Below, piece by piece: positions 48,510 through 62,500 of a stretch of 64,000 nt of DNA. The position numbers and the translations under genes were made by a program. Source of the stretch: Eledone cirrhosa (taxonomy: Eukaryota); contig OZ024740.1 of the NCBI GenBank assembly GCA_964016885.1, positions 317,750,001 through 317,814,000 of the forward strand, read 5' to 3'. Below the pieces are notes generated by a model, which saw only the letters and a list, made by a program, of their open reading frames with translations, was not told the DNA's origin and made no database searches. Position 1 is the first letter of the stretch, and every line of letters starts with the position of its first letter.

Positions 48510-48870
48510 CTTCCAATCTATACACCACTCCAGACTACCAATCTATACACCACTCCAGACCTCCAATCTATACACCACTACATACTTCCAATCTATACAC
48601 CACTCCAGACCTCCAATATATACACCACTCCAGACCTCCAATCTATACACCACTCCAGACCACCAATCTATACCCCACTCCAGACCTCCAATCTATACAC
48701 CACTCCAGACTACCAATCTATACACCACTCCAGACCTCCAATCTATACACCACTACATACTTCCAATCTATACACCACTCCAGACCTCCAATATATACAC
48801 CACTCCAGACCTCCAATCTATACACCACTCCAGACCACCAATCTATACCCCACTCCAGACCTCAAATCTA
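48510..48870 (+). repeat. Tandem duplication of 175 bp (7 monomers)
   Basis: CAGACTACCA at 48531/48706 and TACCCCACTC at 48671/48846. Confidence 0.85.
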
Positions 48871-49199
48871 TACACCAATCCAGACCTCCAATCTATACAC
48901 TACTACACACCTCCTATCTATACACCACTCCAGTACTCCAATCTATACATCACTCCAGACTTCCAATCTAAACACCACTCCAGACCTCCAATCTATACAC
49001 TACTCTAGACCTCCAATCTATACACCACCCCAGACTTCTAATCTATACATCACTCCAGACCTCCAATCTATACACCACTCCAGTACTCCAATCTATACAC
49101 CACTCCAGGCCTCCAATCTATACACCACTCCAGACCTCCAATCTATACACCACTCCAGACCTCCAATCTATACACCACTCTAGACCACCAATCTATACA

Positions 49200-52100
49200 C
49201 CACTCCTGACCTCCAATCTATACATCTCTCCAGGCCCCCAATCTATACGCCACTCCTGACCTCCAATCTATACACCACTCCAGACCGCCAATCTAATAAC
49301 ACTCTAGACCACCAATCTATACACCACTCCAGACCTCCAATCTATACACCACTCCAGACCTCCAATCTATACACTACTACAGACCTCCTATCTATACACC
49401 ACTCCAGTACTCCAATCTATACATCACTCCAGACTTCCAATCTATACACCACTCCAGACCTCCAATCTATACACCACTCTAGACCTCCAATCTATACACC
49501 ACTCCAGACTTCCAATCTATACACCACTCCAGACCTCCAATCTATACACCACTCTAGTCCACTAATCTATACACCACTCCAGACCTGCAATCTATACACC
49601 ACTCAAGACCTCCAATCTATACACCACACCAGACCTTCAATCTATACACCACACAAGACCACCAATCAAACACTACTATAGACTTCCAATCTATACACCA
49701 CACCAGACCTCCAATCTCTACACCACTCCAGACCTTCAACCCATACACCACTCCAGACTTTCAATCTATACACCACTCCAGACCTCCAAGCTATACACCA
49801 CTCCAGACCTCCAATCTATACACCACTCTAGACCACTAATCTATACACCGCTCCAGACTTCAAATCTATACACCACTCCAGACTTCCAATCTATACACCA
49901 CTCCACACTTCCAATCTATACACCACTCCAGACCTCCAATCTATACACCACTCTAGACTTCCAATCTATACACCACTCCAGACCTTCAATCCATACACCA
50001 TAACAGACTTCCAATCTATACACCACTCCAGACTTCTAATCTATACACCACCCCAGATTTCTAATCTATACATCACTCCAGAGCTCCAACTATACACCAC
50101 TCCAGTACTCCAATATATACACCATTCCAGACCACCAACCTATACACCACTTCAGACCTCCAATCTATACACCACTCCAGCCCTCCAATATATACACCAC
50201 TCCAGACTTCCAATCTATACACCACTCCAGACCTCCAATCTATACACCACTCCTGACCTCCAATCTATATACCACTCAAGACTTCCAATCTCTACACCAC
50301 TCCAGACTTCCAATCTATACACCACTCCAGGCTCCCAATCTATACACCACTCCAGACCTCCAATCTATACACCACTCCAGACCTCCAATCTATAGACCAC
50401 TCTAGACCACCAATCTATACACCACTCCTGACCTCCAATCCATACACCACTCCAGACCTCCAATCTATACACCACTCCAGACCTTCAATCCATATACCAC
50501 TCCAGACTTCCAATCTATACGCCACTCCAGACACCAAGCTATACACCATTCCAGACATCCAATCTATACACCACTCTAGACCATCAATCTATACACCACT
50601 CCAGACCTCCAATCTATACACCACTCCAGACCTCCAATCTATACACCACTCCAGAGTTCCAGTCTATACATATCTCCAGGCCCCCAATCTATACGCCACT
50701 CCTGACCTCCAATCTATACACCACTCCAGACCGCCAATCTAATAACACTCTAGACCACCAATCTATACACCACTCCAGACCTCCAATCTATACACCACTT
50801 CAGACCTCCAATCTATACACCACTCCAGACCACCAATCTATACACCACTCCAGACCTCCAATCTATACACCACTTCAGACCTCCAATCTATACACCACTC
50901 TAGTCCTCTAATCTATACACCACTCCAGACCTGCAATCTATACACCACTCCAGACCTCCAATCTATACACCACTCTAGTCCACTAATCTATACACCACTC
51001 CAGACCTGCAATCTATACACCACTCCAGACCTCCAATCTATACACCACTCCAGACCTCCAATCTATACACCACACCAGACCTTCAATCTATACACCACAC
51101 AAGACCACCAATCAAACACTACTATAGACTTCCAATCTATACACCACTCCAGACCTTCAATCCATACACAACTCCAGACTTTCAATCTATACACCACTCC
51201 AGACCTCCAAGCTATACACCACTCCAGACCTCCAATCTATACACCACTCCAGACCTTCAATCCATACACCACTCCAGACCTTCAATCTATACACCACTCC
51301 AGACCTCCAAGCTATACACCACTCCAGACCTCCAATCTATACACCACTCTAGACCACTAATCAATACACCACTCAAGACCTCCAATCTATACACCACTCC
51401 AGACCTCCAATCTATACACCACTCCAGACCTTCAATCCATATACCACTCAAGACCTCCAATCTATACACCATTCCAGACATCCAATCTATACACCACTCT
51501 AGACCATCAATCTATACACCACTCCAGACCTCCAATCTATACATCTCTCCAGGCCCCCAATCTACACGCCACTCCTGACCTCCAATCTATACACCACTCC
51601 AGACCGCCAATCTAATAACACTCTAGACCACCAATCTATACACCACTCCAGACCTCCAATCTATACACCACTCCAGACCTCCAATCTATACACTACTACA
51701 GACTTCCAATCTATACACCACTCTAGACCTCCAATCTATACACCACTCCAGACTTCCAATCTATACACCACTCCAGACCTCCAATCTATACACCACTCTA
51801 GTCCACTAATCTATACACCACTCCAGACCTGCAATCTATACACCACTCCAGACCTCCAATCTATACACCACACCAGACCTTCAATCTATACACCACACAA
51901 GACCACCAATCAAACACTACTATAGACTTCCAATCTATACACCACACCAGACCTCCAATCTCTACACCACTCCAGACCTCCAATCTATACACCACTCCAG
52001 ACCTTCAACCCATACACCACTCCAGACTTTCAATCTATACACCACTCCAGACCTCCAAGCTATACACCACTCCAGACCTCCAATCTATACACCACTCTAG

Positions 52101-53500
52101 ACCACTAATCTATACACCGCTCCAGACTTCAAATCTATACACCACTCCAGACTTCCAATCTATACACCACTCCACACTTCCAATCTATACACCACTCCAG
52201 ACCTCCAATCTATACACCACTCTAGACTTCCAATCTATACACCACTCCAGACCTTCAATTCATACACCATAACAGACTTCCAATCTATACACCACTCCAG
52301 ACTTCTAATCTATACACCACCCCAGACTTCTAATCTATACATCACTCCAGAGCTCGAACTATACACCACTCCAGTACTCCAATCTATACACCACTCCAGG
52401 CCTCCAATCTATACACCATTCCAGACCACCAAACTATACACCACTTCAGACCTCCAATCTATACACCACTCCAGCCCTCCAATATATACACCACTCCAGA
52501 CTTCCAATCTATACACCACTCCAGACCTCCAATCTATAAACCACTCCTGACCTCCAATCTATATACCACTCAAGACTTCCAATCTCTACACCACTCCAGA
52601 CTTCCAATCTATACACCACTCCAGGCTCCCAATCTATACACCACTCCAGACCTCCAATCTATACACCACTCCAGACCTCCAATCTATACACCACTCTAGA
52701 CCACCAATCTATACACCACTCCTGACCTCCAATCCATACACCACTCCAGACCTCCAATCTATACACCACTCCAGACCTCCAATCTATACACCACTCCAGA
52801 CCTCCAATCTATACACCACTCCAGAGTTCCAATCTATACATCTCTCCAGGCCCTCAATCTATACGCCACTCCTGACCTCCAATCTATACACCACTCCAAA
52901 CCGCCAATCTAATAACACTCTAGACCACCAATCTATACACCACTCCAGACCTCCAATCTATACACCACTTCAGACCTCCAATCTATACACCACTCCAGAC
53001 CACCAATCTATACACCACTCCAGACCTCCAATCTATACACCACTTCAGACCTCCAATCTATACACCACTCTAGTCCACTAATCTATACACCACTCCAGAC
53101 CTGCAATCTATACACCACTCCAGACCTCCAATCTATACACCACTCTAGTCCACTAATCTATACACCACTCCAGACCTGCAATCTATACACCACTCCAGAC
53201 CTCCAATCTATACACCACTCCAGACCTCCAATCTATACACCACACCAGACCTTCAATCTATACACCACACAATACCACCAATCAAACACTACTATAGACT
53301 TCCAATCTATACACCACACCAGACTTCTAATCTATAACCACTCCAGACCTCCAATCTCTACACCACTCCAGACCTCCAATCTATACACCACTCCAGACCT
53401 TCAATCCATACACCACTCCAGACCTTCAATCTATACACCACTCCAGACCTCCAAGCTATACACCACTCCAGACCTCCAATCTATACACCTCTCTAGACAA
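49200..53500 (+). repeat. HOR block D: 2 copies of a ~2.2-2.3 kb unit
   Basis: AATCAAACACTACTATAGAC at 49664/51908 (2244) and 51110/53280 (2170). The 24-bp monomer GAGCTC(C/G)AACTATAC at 50081/52350 (2269). Confidence 0.82.
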
Positions 53501-56500
53501 CTAATCTATACACCACTCAAGACATCCAATCTATACACCACTCCAGACCTCCAATCTATACACCACTCCAGACCTTCAATCCATACACCACTCCAGACCT
53601 TCAATCTATACACCACTCCAGACCTCCAAGCTATACACCACTCCAGACCTCCAATCTATACACCACTCTAGACCACTAATCTATACACCACTCAAGACCT
53701 CCAATCTATACACCACTCCAGACCTCCAATCTATACACCACTACATACTTCCAATCTATACACCACTCCAGACCTCAAATATATACACCACTCTAAACCT
53801 CCAATCTATACACCACTCCAGACCACCAATCTATACACCACTCCAGACCTCCAATCTATACACCAATCCAGACCTCCAATCTATACACCACTCCAGACTT
53901 CAAATCTATACACCACTCCAGACTTCCAATCTATACACCACTCCACACTTCCAATCTATACACCACTCCAGACCTCCAAACTATACACCACTCTAGACTT
54001 CCAATCTATACACCACTCCAGACCTTCAATCCATACACCATAACATACTTCCAATCTATACACCACTCCAGACTTCTAATCTATACACCACCCCAAACTT
54101 CTAATCTATACATCACTCCAGAGCTCCAACTATACACCACTCCAGTATTCCAATCTATACACCACTCCAGGCCTCCAATCTATACACCATTCCAGACCAC
54201 CAACCTATACACCACTTCAGACCTCCAATCTATACACCACTCCAGCCCTCCAATATATACACCACTCCAGACTTCCAATCTATACACCACTCCAGACCTC
54301 CAATCTATACACCACTCCTGACCTCCAATCTATATACCACTCAAGACTTCCAATCTCTACACCACTCCAGACTTCCAATCTATACACCACTCCAGGCCCC
54401 CAATCTATACACCACTCCAGACCTCCAATCTATACACCACTCCAGACCTCCAATCTATACACCACTCCAGACCTTCAATCCATATACCACTCCAGACTTC
54501 CAATCTATACACCACTCCAGACACCAAACTATACACCATTCCAGACATCCAATCTATACACCACTCCAGGCCACCAATCTAAATACCACTCCAGGCCTCC
54601 AATCTATACACCACTCCAGACCTCCAATCTATACACCACTCCAGACCACCAATCTATACACCATTCCAGACATCCAATCTATACACCACTCTAGACCATC
54701 AATCTATACACCACTCCAGACCTCCAATCTATACACCACTCCCGACCTCCAATCTATACACCACTCCAGAGTTCCAATCTATACATCTCTCCAGGCCCCC
54801 AATCTATACGCCACTCCTGACCTCCAATCTTTACACCACTTCAGACCTCCAATCTATACACCACTCCAGACCTCCAATCTATACAGCACTCCAGACCTCC
54901 AATCTATACAGCACTCCAGTACTCCAATCTATACATCACTCCAGACTTCCAATCTATACACCACTCCAGACCTCCAATCTATACAGCACTCCAGTACTCC
55001 AATCTATACATCACTCCAGACTTCCAATCTATACACCACTCCAGACCTCCAATCTATACACCACTTCAGACCTCCAATCTATACAGCACTCTAGACCTCC
55101 AATCTATACACCACACCAGACTTCTAATCTATAACCACTCCAGATCTCCAATCTCTACACCTCTCCAGACCACCAATGTATACACCACTCCAGACCTCCA
55201 ATCTATACACCACTCCAGACCTCCAAGCTATACACCACTCCAGACCTCCAATCTATACACCACTCTAGACCACTAATCTATACACCACTCAAACCCTCCA
55301 ATCTATACACCACTCCAGAACTACAATCTATACACCACTCCAGACCACCAATCTATACACCACTCCAGACTACCAATCTATACACCACTCCAGACCTCCA
55401 ATCTATACACCACTCCAGACTACCAATCTATACACCACTCCAGACCTCCAATCTATACACCACTACATACTTCCAATCTATACACCATTCCAGACCTCCA
55501 ATCTATACACCACTACATACTTCCAATCCATACACCACTCCAGACTTCCAATCTATACACCACTCCACACTTCCAATCTATACACCACTCCAGACCTCAA
55601 ATCTATACACCACTCCAGACTTCCAATCTATACACCACTCCAGACCTTCAATCCATACACCATACCAGACTTCCAATCTATACACCACTCCAGACTTCTA
55701 ATTTATAAACCTCTCCAGACCTGCAATCTATACACCACTTCAGACCTCCAATCTATACACCACTCAAACCCTCCAATCTATACACCACTCCAGACCTCCA
55801 ATCTATACACCACTCCAGACCTCCAATCTATACACCACTCCAGTACTCCAATCTATACACCACTCCAGGCCTCCAATTTATACACCATTCCAGACCACCA
55901 ACCTATACACCACTTCAGACCTCCAATCTATACACCACTCCAGGCCTCCAATATATACACCACTCCAGACTTCCAATCTATACACCACTCCAGACCTCCA
56001 ATCTATACACCACTCCTGACCTCCAATCTATATACCACTCAAGACTTCCAATCTATACACCACTCCAGACCACTAATCTATACACCACTCCAGACCTGCA
56101 ATCTATACACCACTCCAGGCCTCTAATCTATACACCACTCTAGTCCACTAATCTATACACCACTCCAGACCTGCAATCTATACACCACTCCAGACCTCCA
56201 ATCTATACACCACTCCAGACCTCCAATCTATACACCACACCAGACCTTCAATCTATACACCACACAAGACCACCAATCAAACACTACTATAGACTTCCAA
56301 TCTATACACCACACCAGACTTCTAATCTATAACCACTCCAGACCTCCAATCTCTACACCACTCCAGACCTCCAATCTATACACCACTCCAGACCTTCAAT
56401 CCATACACCACTCCAGACTTTCAATCTATACACCACTCCAGACCTCCAAGCTATACACCACTCCAGACCTCCAATCTATACACCACTCTAGACAACTAAT

Positions 56501-59500
56501 CTATACACCACTCAAGACCTCCAATCTATACACCACTCCAGACCTCCAATCTATACACCACTCCAGACCTTCAATCCATACACCACTCCAGACCTTCAAT
56601 CTATACACCACTCCAGACCTCCAAGCTATACACCACTCCAGACCTCCAATCTATACACCACTCTAGACCACTAATCTATACACCAATCCAGACCTCCAAT
56701 CTATACACCACTCCAGACCTCCAATCTATACACCACTCTAGACAACTAATCTATACACCACTCAAGACCTCCAATCTATACACGACTCCAGACCTCCAAT
56801 CTATACACCACTACATACTTCCAATCTATACACCACTCCAGACCTCCAATATATACACCACTGCAAACCTCCAATCTATACACCACTCCAGACCACCAAT
56901 CTATACACCACTCCAGACCTCCAATCTAAACACCAATCCAGACCTCCAATCTATACACCACTCCAGACTTCAAATATATACACCACTGCAGACTTCCAAT
57001 CTATACACCACTCCACACTTCCAATCTATACACCACTCCAGACCTCCAAACTATACACCACCCTAGACTTCCAATCTATACACCACTCCAGACCTTCAAT
57101 CCATACACCATAACAGACTTCCAATCTATACACCACTCCAGACTTCTAATCTATACACCACCCCAGACTTCTAATCTATACATCACTCCAGAGCTCCAAC
57201 TATACACCACTCCAGTACTCCAATCTATACACCACTCCAGGCCTCCAATCTATACACCATTCCAGACCACCAACCTATACACCACTTCAGACCTCCAATC
57301 TATACACCACTCCAGCCCTCCAATATATACACCACTCCAGACTTCCAATCTATACACCACTCCATACCTCCAATCTATACACCACTCCTGACCTCCAATC
57401 TATATACCACTCAAGACTTCCAATCTCTACACCACTCCAGACTTCCAATCTATACACCACTCAAGTCCCCCAATCTATACACCACTCCAGACCTCCAATC
57501 TATACACCACTCCAGACCTCCAATCTATACACCACTCCAGACCTTCAATCCATATACCACTCCAGACTTCCAATCTATACACCACTCCAGACACCAAACT
57601 ATACACCATTCCAGACATCCAATCTATACACCACTCCAGGCCACCAATCTAAATACCACTCCAGGCCTCCAATCTATACACCATTCCAGACCTCCAATCT
57701 ATACACCACTCCAGACCACCAATCTATACACCATTCCAGACATCCAATCTATACACCACTCTAGACCATCAATCTATACACCACTCCAGACCTCCAATCT
57801 ATACACCACTCCAGACCTCCAATCTATACACCACTCCAGAGTTCCAATCTATACATCTCTCCAGGCCCCCAATCTATATGCCACTCCTGACCTCCAATCT
57901 ATACACCACTTCAGACCTCCAATCCATACACCAATCCAGACCTCCAATCTATACAGCACTCCAGTACTCCAATCTATACATCACTCCAGACTTCCAATCT
58001 ATACACCACTCCAGACCTCTAATCTATACACCACTCTAGACCTCCAATCTATACAGCACTCCAGTACTCCAATCTATACATCACTCCAGACTTCCAATCT
58101 ATACACCACTCCAGACCTCCAATCTATACACCACTTCAGACCTCCAATCTATATAGCACTCTAGCCCTCCAATCTATACACCACACCAGACTTCTAATCT
58201 ATAACCACTCCAGACCTCCAATCTCTACACCTCTCCAGACCACCAATCTATACACCACTCCAGACCTCCAATCTATACACCACTCCAGACCTCCAAGATA
58301 TACACCACTCCAGACCTCCAATCTATACACCACTCTAGACCACTAATCTATACACCACTAAAACCCTCCAATCTATACACCACTCCAGACCTCCAATCTA
58401 TACACCACTCCAGACCACCAATCTATACACCACTCCAGACTACCAATCTATACACCACTCCAGACCTCCAATCTATACACCACTCCAGACTACCAATCTA
58501 TACACCACTCCAGACCTCCAATCTATACACCACTACATACTTCCAATCTATACACCACTCCAGACCTCCAATCTATACACCACTCCAGACTTCCAATCTA
58601 TACACCACTCCAGACCTTCAATCCATACACCATACCAGACTTCCAATCTATACACCACTCCAGACTTCTAATTTATAAACCTCTCCAGACCTGCAATCTA
58701 TACACCACTTCAGACCTCCAATCTATACACCACTCAAACCCTCCAATCTATACACCACTCCAGACCTCCAATCTATACACCACTCCAGACCTCCAATCTA
58801 TACACCACTCCAGTACTCCAATCTATACACCACTCCAGGCCTCCAATCTATACACCATTCCAGACCACCAACCTATACACCACTTCAGACCTCCAATCTA
58901 TACACCACTCCAGCCCTCCAATATATACACCACTCCAGACTTCCAATCTATACACCACTCCAGACCTCCAATCTATACACCACTCCTGACCTCCAATCTA
59001 TATACCACTCAAGACTTCCAATCTATACACCACTCCAGACCACTAATCTATACACCACTCCAGACCTGCAATCTATACACCACTCCAGGCCTCCAATCTA
59101 TACACCACTCGAGACCACCAATCTATACACCACCCCAGACCACTAATCTATACACCACTCCAGACTTCTAATCTATACACCACTCCAGACTTCCAATCTA
59201 TACACCACTCCAGGCCCCCAATCTATACACCACTCCAGACCTCCAATCTATACACCACTCCAGACCTCCAATCTATACACCACTCCAGACCTTCAATCCA
59301 TATACCACTCCAGACTTCCAATCTATACACCACTCCAGACACCAAGCTATACACCATTCCAGACATCCAATCTATACACCACTCTAGACCATCAATCTAT
59401 ACACCACTCCAGACCTCCAATCTATACACCACTCCAGACCTCCAATCTATACACCACTCCAGACCTTCAATCCATATACCACTCCAGACCTTCAATCTAT

Positions 59501-62500
59501 ACACCACTCCAGGCCTCCAATCTATACACCACTCCAGACACCAAGCTATACACCACTCCAGACATCCAATCTATACACCACTCTAGACCACCAATCTATA
59601 CACCACTCCAGACCTCCAATCTATACACCACTCCAGCGTTCCAATCTATACACCTCTCCAGGCCCCCAATATATACGTCACTCCTGACCTCCAATCTAAA
59701 CACCACTCCAGACCTCCAATCTAAACACCACTCTAGACCACCAATCTATACACCACTCTAGACTTCCAATCTATACACCACTTCAGACCTCCAATATATA
59801 CACCACTCCAAACCTCCAATCTATACACCACTCCAGACCACCAATCTATACACCACTCCAGACCTCCAATCTATACACCAATCCAGACCTCCAATCTATA
59901 CACCACTCCAGACTTCAAATCTATACACCACTCCAGACTTCCAATCTATACACCACTCCACACTTCCAATCTATACACCACTCCAGACCTCCAAACTATA
60001 CACCACTCTAGACTTCCAATCTTTACACCACTCCAGACCTTCAATCCATACACCATAACAGACTTCCAATCTATACACCACTCCAGACTTCTAATCTATA
60101 CACCACCCCAGACTTCTAATCTATACATCACTCCAGAGCTCCAACTATACACCACTCCAGTACTCCAATCTATACACCACTCCAGGCCTCCAATCTATAC
60201 ACCATTTCAGACCACCAACCTATACACCACTTCAGACCTCCAATCTATACACCACTCCAGCCCTCCAATATATACACCACTCCAGACTTCCAATCTATAC
60301 ACCACTCCAGACCTCAAATCTATACACCACTCCTGACCTCCAATCTATATACCACTCAAGACTTCCAATCTCTACACCACTCCAGACTTCCAATCTATAC
60401 ACCACTCCAGGCCCCCAATCTATACACCACTCCAGACCTCCAATCTATACACCACTCCAGACCTCTAATCTATACACCACTCCAGACCTTCAATCCATAT
60501 ACCACTCCAGACTTCCAATCTATACACCACTCCAGACACCAAACTATACACCATTCCAGACATCCAATCTATACACCACTCCAGGCCACCAATCTAAATA
60601 CCACTCCAGGCCTCCAATCTATACACCACTCCAGACCTCCAATCTATACACCACTCCAGACCACCAATCTATACACCATTCCAGACCTCCAATCTATACA
60701 CCACTCTAGACCATCAATCTATACACCACTCCAGACCTCCAAGCTATACACCACTCCAGACCTCCAATCTATACACCACTCCAGAGTTCCAATCTATACA
60801 TCTCTCCAGGCCCCCAATCTATACGCCACTCCTGACCTCCAATCTATACACCACTTCAGACCTCCAATCTATACACCACTCCAGACCTCCAATCTATACA
60901 GCACTCCAGTACTCCAATCTATACATCACTCCAGACTTCCAATCTATACACCACTCCAGACCTCCAATCTATACACCACTCCAGACCTCCAATCTATACA
61001 GCACTCCAGTACTCCAATCTATACATCACTCCAGACTTCCAATCTATACACCACTCCAGACCTGCAATCTATACACCACTTCAGACCTCCAATCTATACA
61101 GCACTCTAGACCTCCAATCTATACACCACACCAGACTTCTAATCTATAACCACTCCAGACCTCCAATCTTTACACCTCTCCAGACCACCAATCTATACAC
61201 CACTCCAGACCTCCAATCTATACACCACTCCAGACCTCCAAGCTATACACCACTCCAGACCTCCAATCTATACACCACTCTAGACCACTAATCTATACAC
61301 CACTCAAACCCTCCAATCTATACACCACTCCAGACCTCCAATCTATACACCACTCCAGACCACCAATCTATACACCACTCCAGACTACCAATCTATACAC
61401 CACTCCAGACCTCCAATCTATACACCACTCCAGACTACCAATCTATACACCACTCCAAACCTCCAATCTATACACCACTACATACTTCCAATCTATACAC
61501 CACTCCAGACCTCCAATCTATACACCACTACATACTTCCAATCCATACACCACTCCAGACTTCCAATCTATACACCACTCCACACTTCCAATCTATACAC
61601 CACTCCAGACCTCCAATCTATACACCACTCCAGACTTCCAATCTATACACCACTCCAGACCTTCAATCCATACACCATACCAGACTTCCAATCTATACAC
61701 CACTCCAGACTTCTAATTTATAAACCTCTCCAGACCTGCAATCTATACACCACTTCAGACCTCCAATCTATACACCACTCAAACCCTCCAATCAATACAC
61801 CACTCCAGACCTCCAATCTATACACCACTCCAGACCTCCAATCTATACACCACTCCAGTACTCCAATCTATACACCACTCCAGACCTCCAATCTATACAC
61901 CATTCCAGACCACCAACCTATACACCACTTCAGACCTCCAATCTATACACCACTCCAGCCCTCCAATATATACACCACTCCAGACTTCCAATCTATACAC
62001 CACTCCAGACCTCCAATCTATACACCACTCCTGACCTCCAATCTATATACCACTCAAGACTTCCAATCTATACACCACTCCAAACCACTAATCTATACAC
62101 CACTCCAGACCTGCAATCTATACACCACTTCAGACCTCCAATCTATACACCACTCAAACCCTCCAATCAATACACCACTCCAGACCTCCAATCTATACAC
62201 CACTCCAGACCTCCAATCTATACACCACTCCAGACTTCTAATCTATACACCACTCCAGACTTCCAATCTATACACCACTCCAGGCCCCCAATCTATACAC
62301 CACTCCAGACCTCCAATCTATACACCACTCCAGACCTCCAATCTATACACCACTCAAACCCTCCAATCTATACACCATTCCAGACCACCAACCTATACAC
62401 CACTTCAGACCTCCAATCTATACACCACTCCAGCCCTCCAATATATACACCACTCCAGACTTCCAATCTATACACCACTCCAGACCTCCAATCTATACAC

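Noticed and set aside
1134-51481. - strand Trp/Val-rich ORFs (MVYRLEVWSGV...) as membrane peptides
   Set aside because: The consensus - strand has an in-frame TAG every 75 bp. These ORFs occur only where variants such as ATCC or ATAT happen to remove it, and they recur simply because of the HORs.
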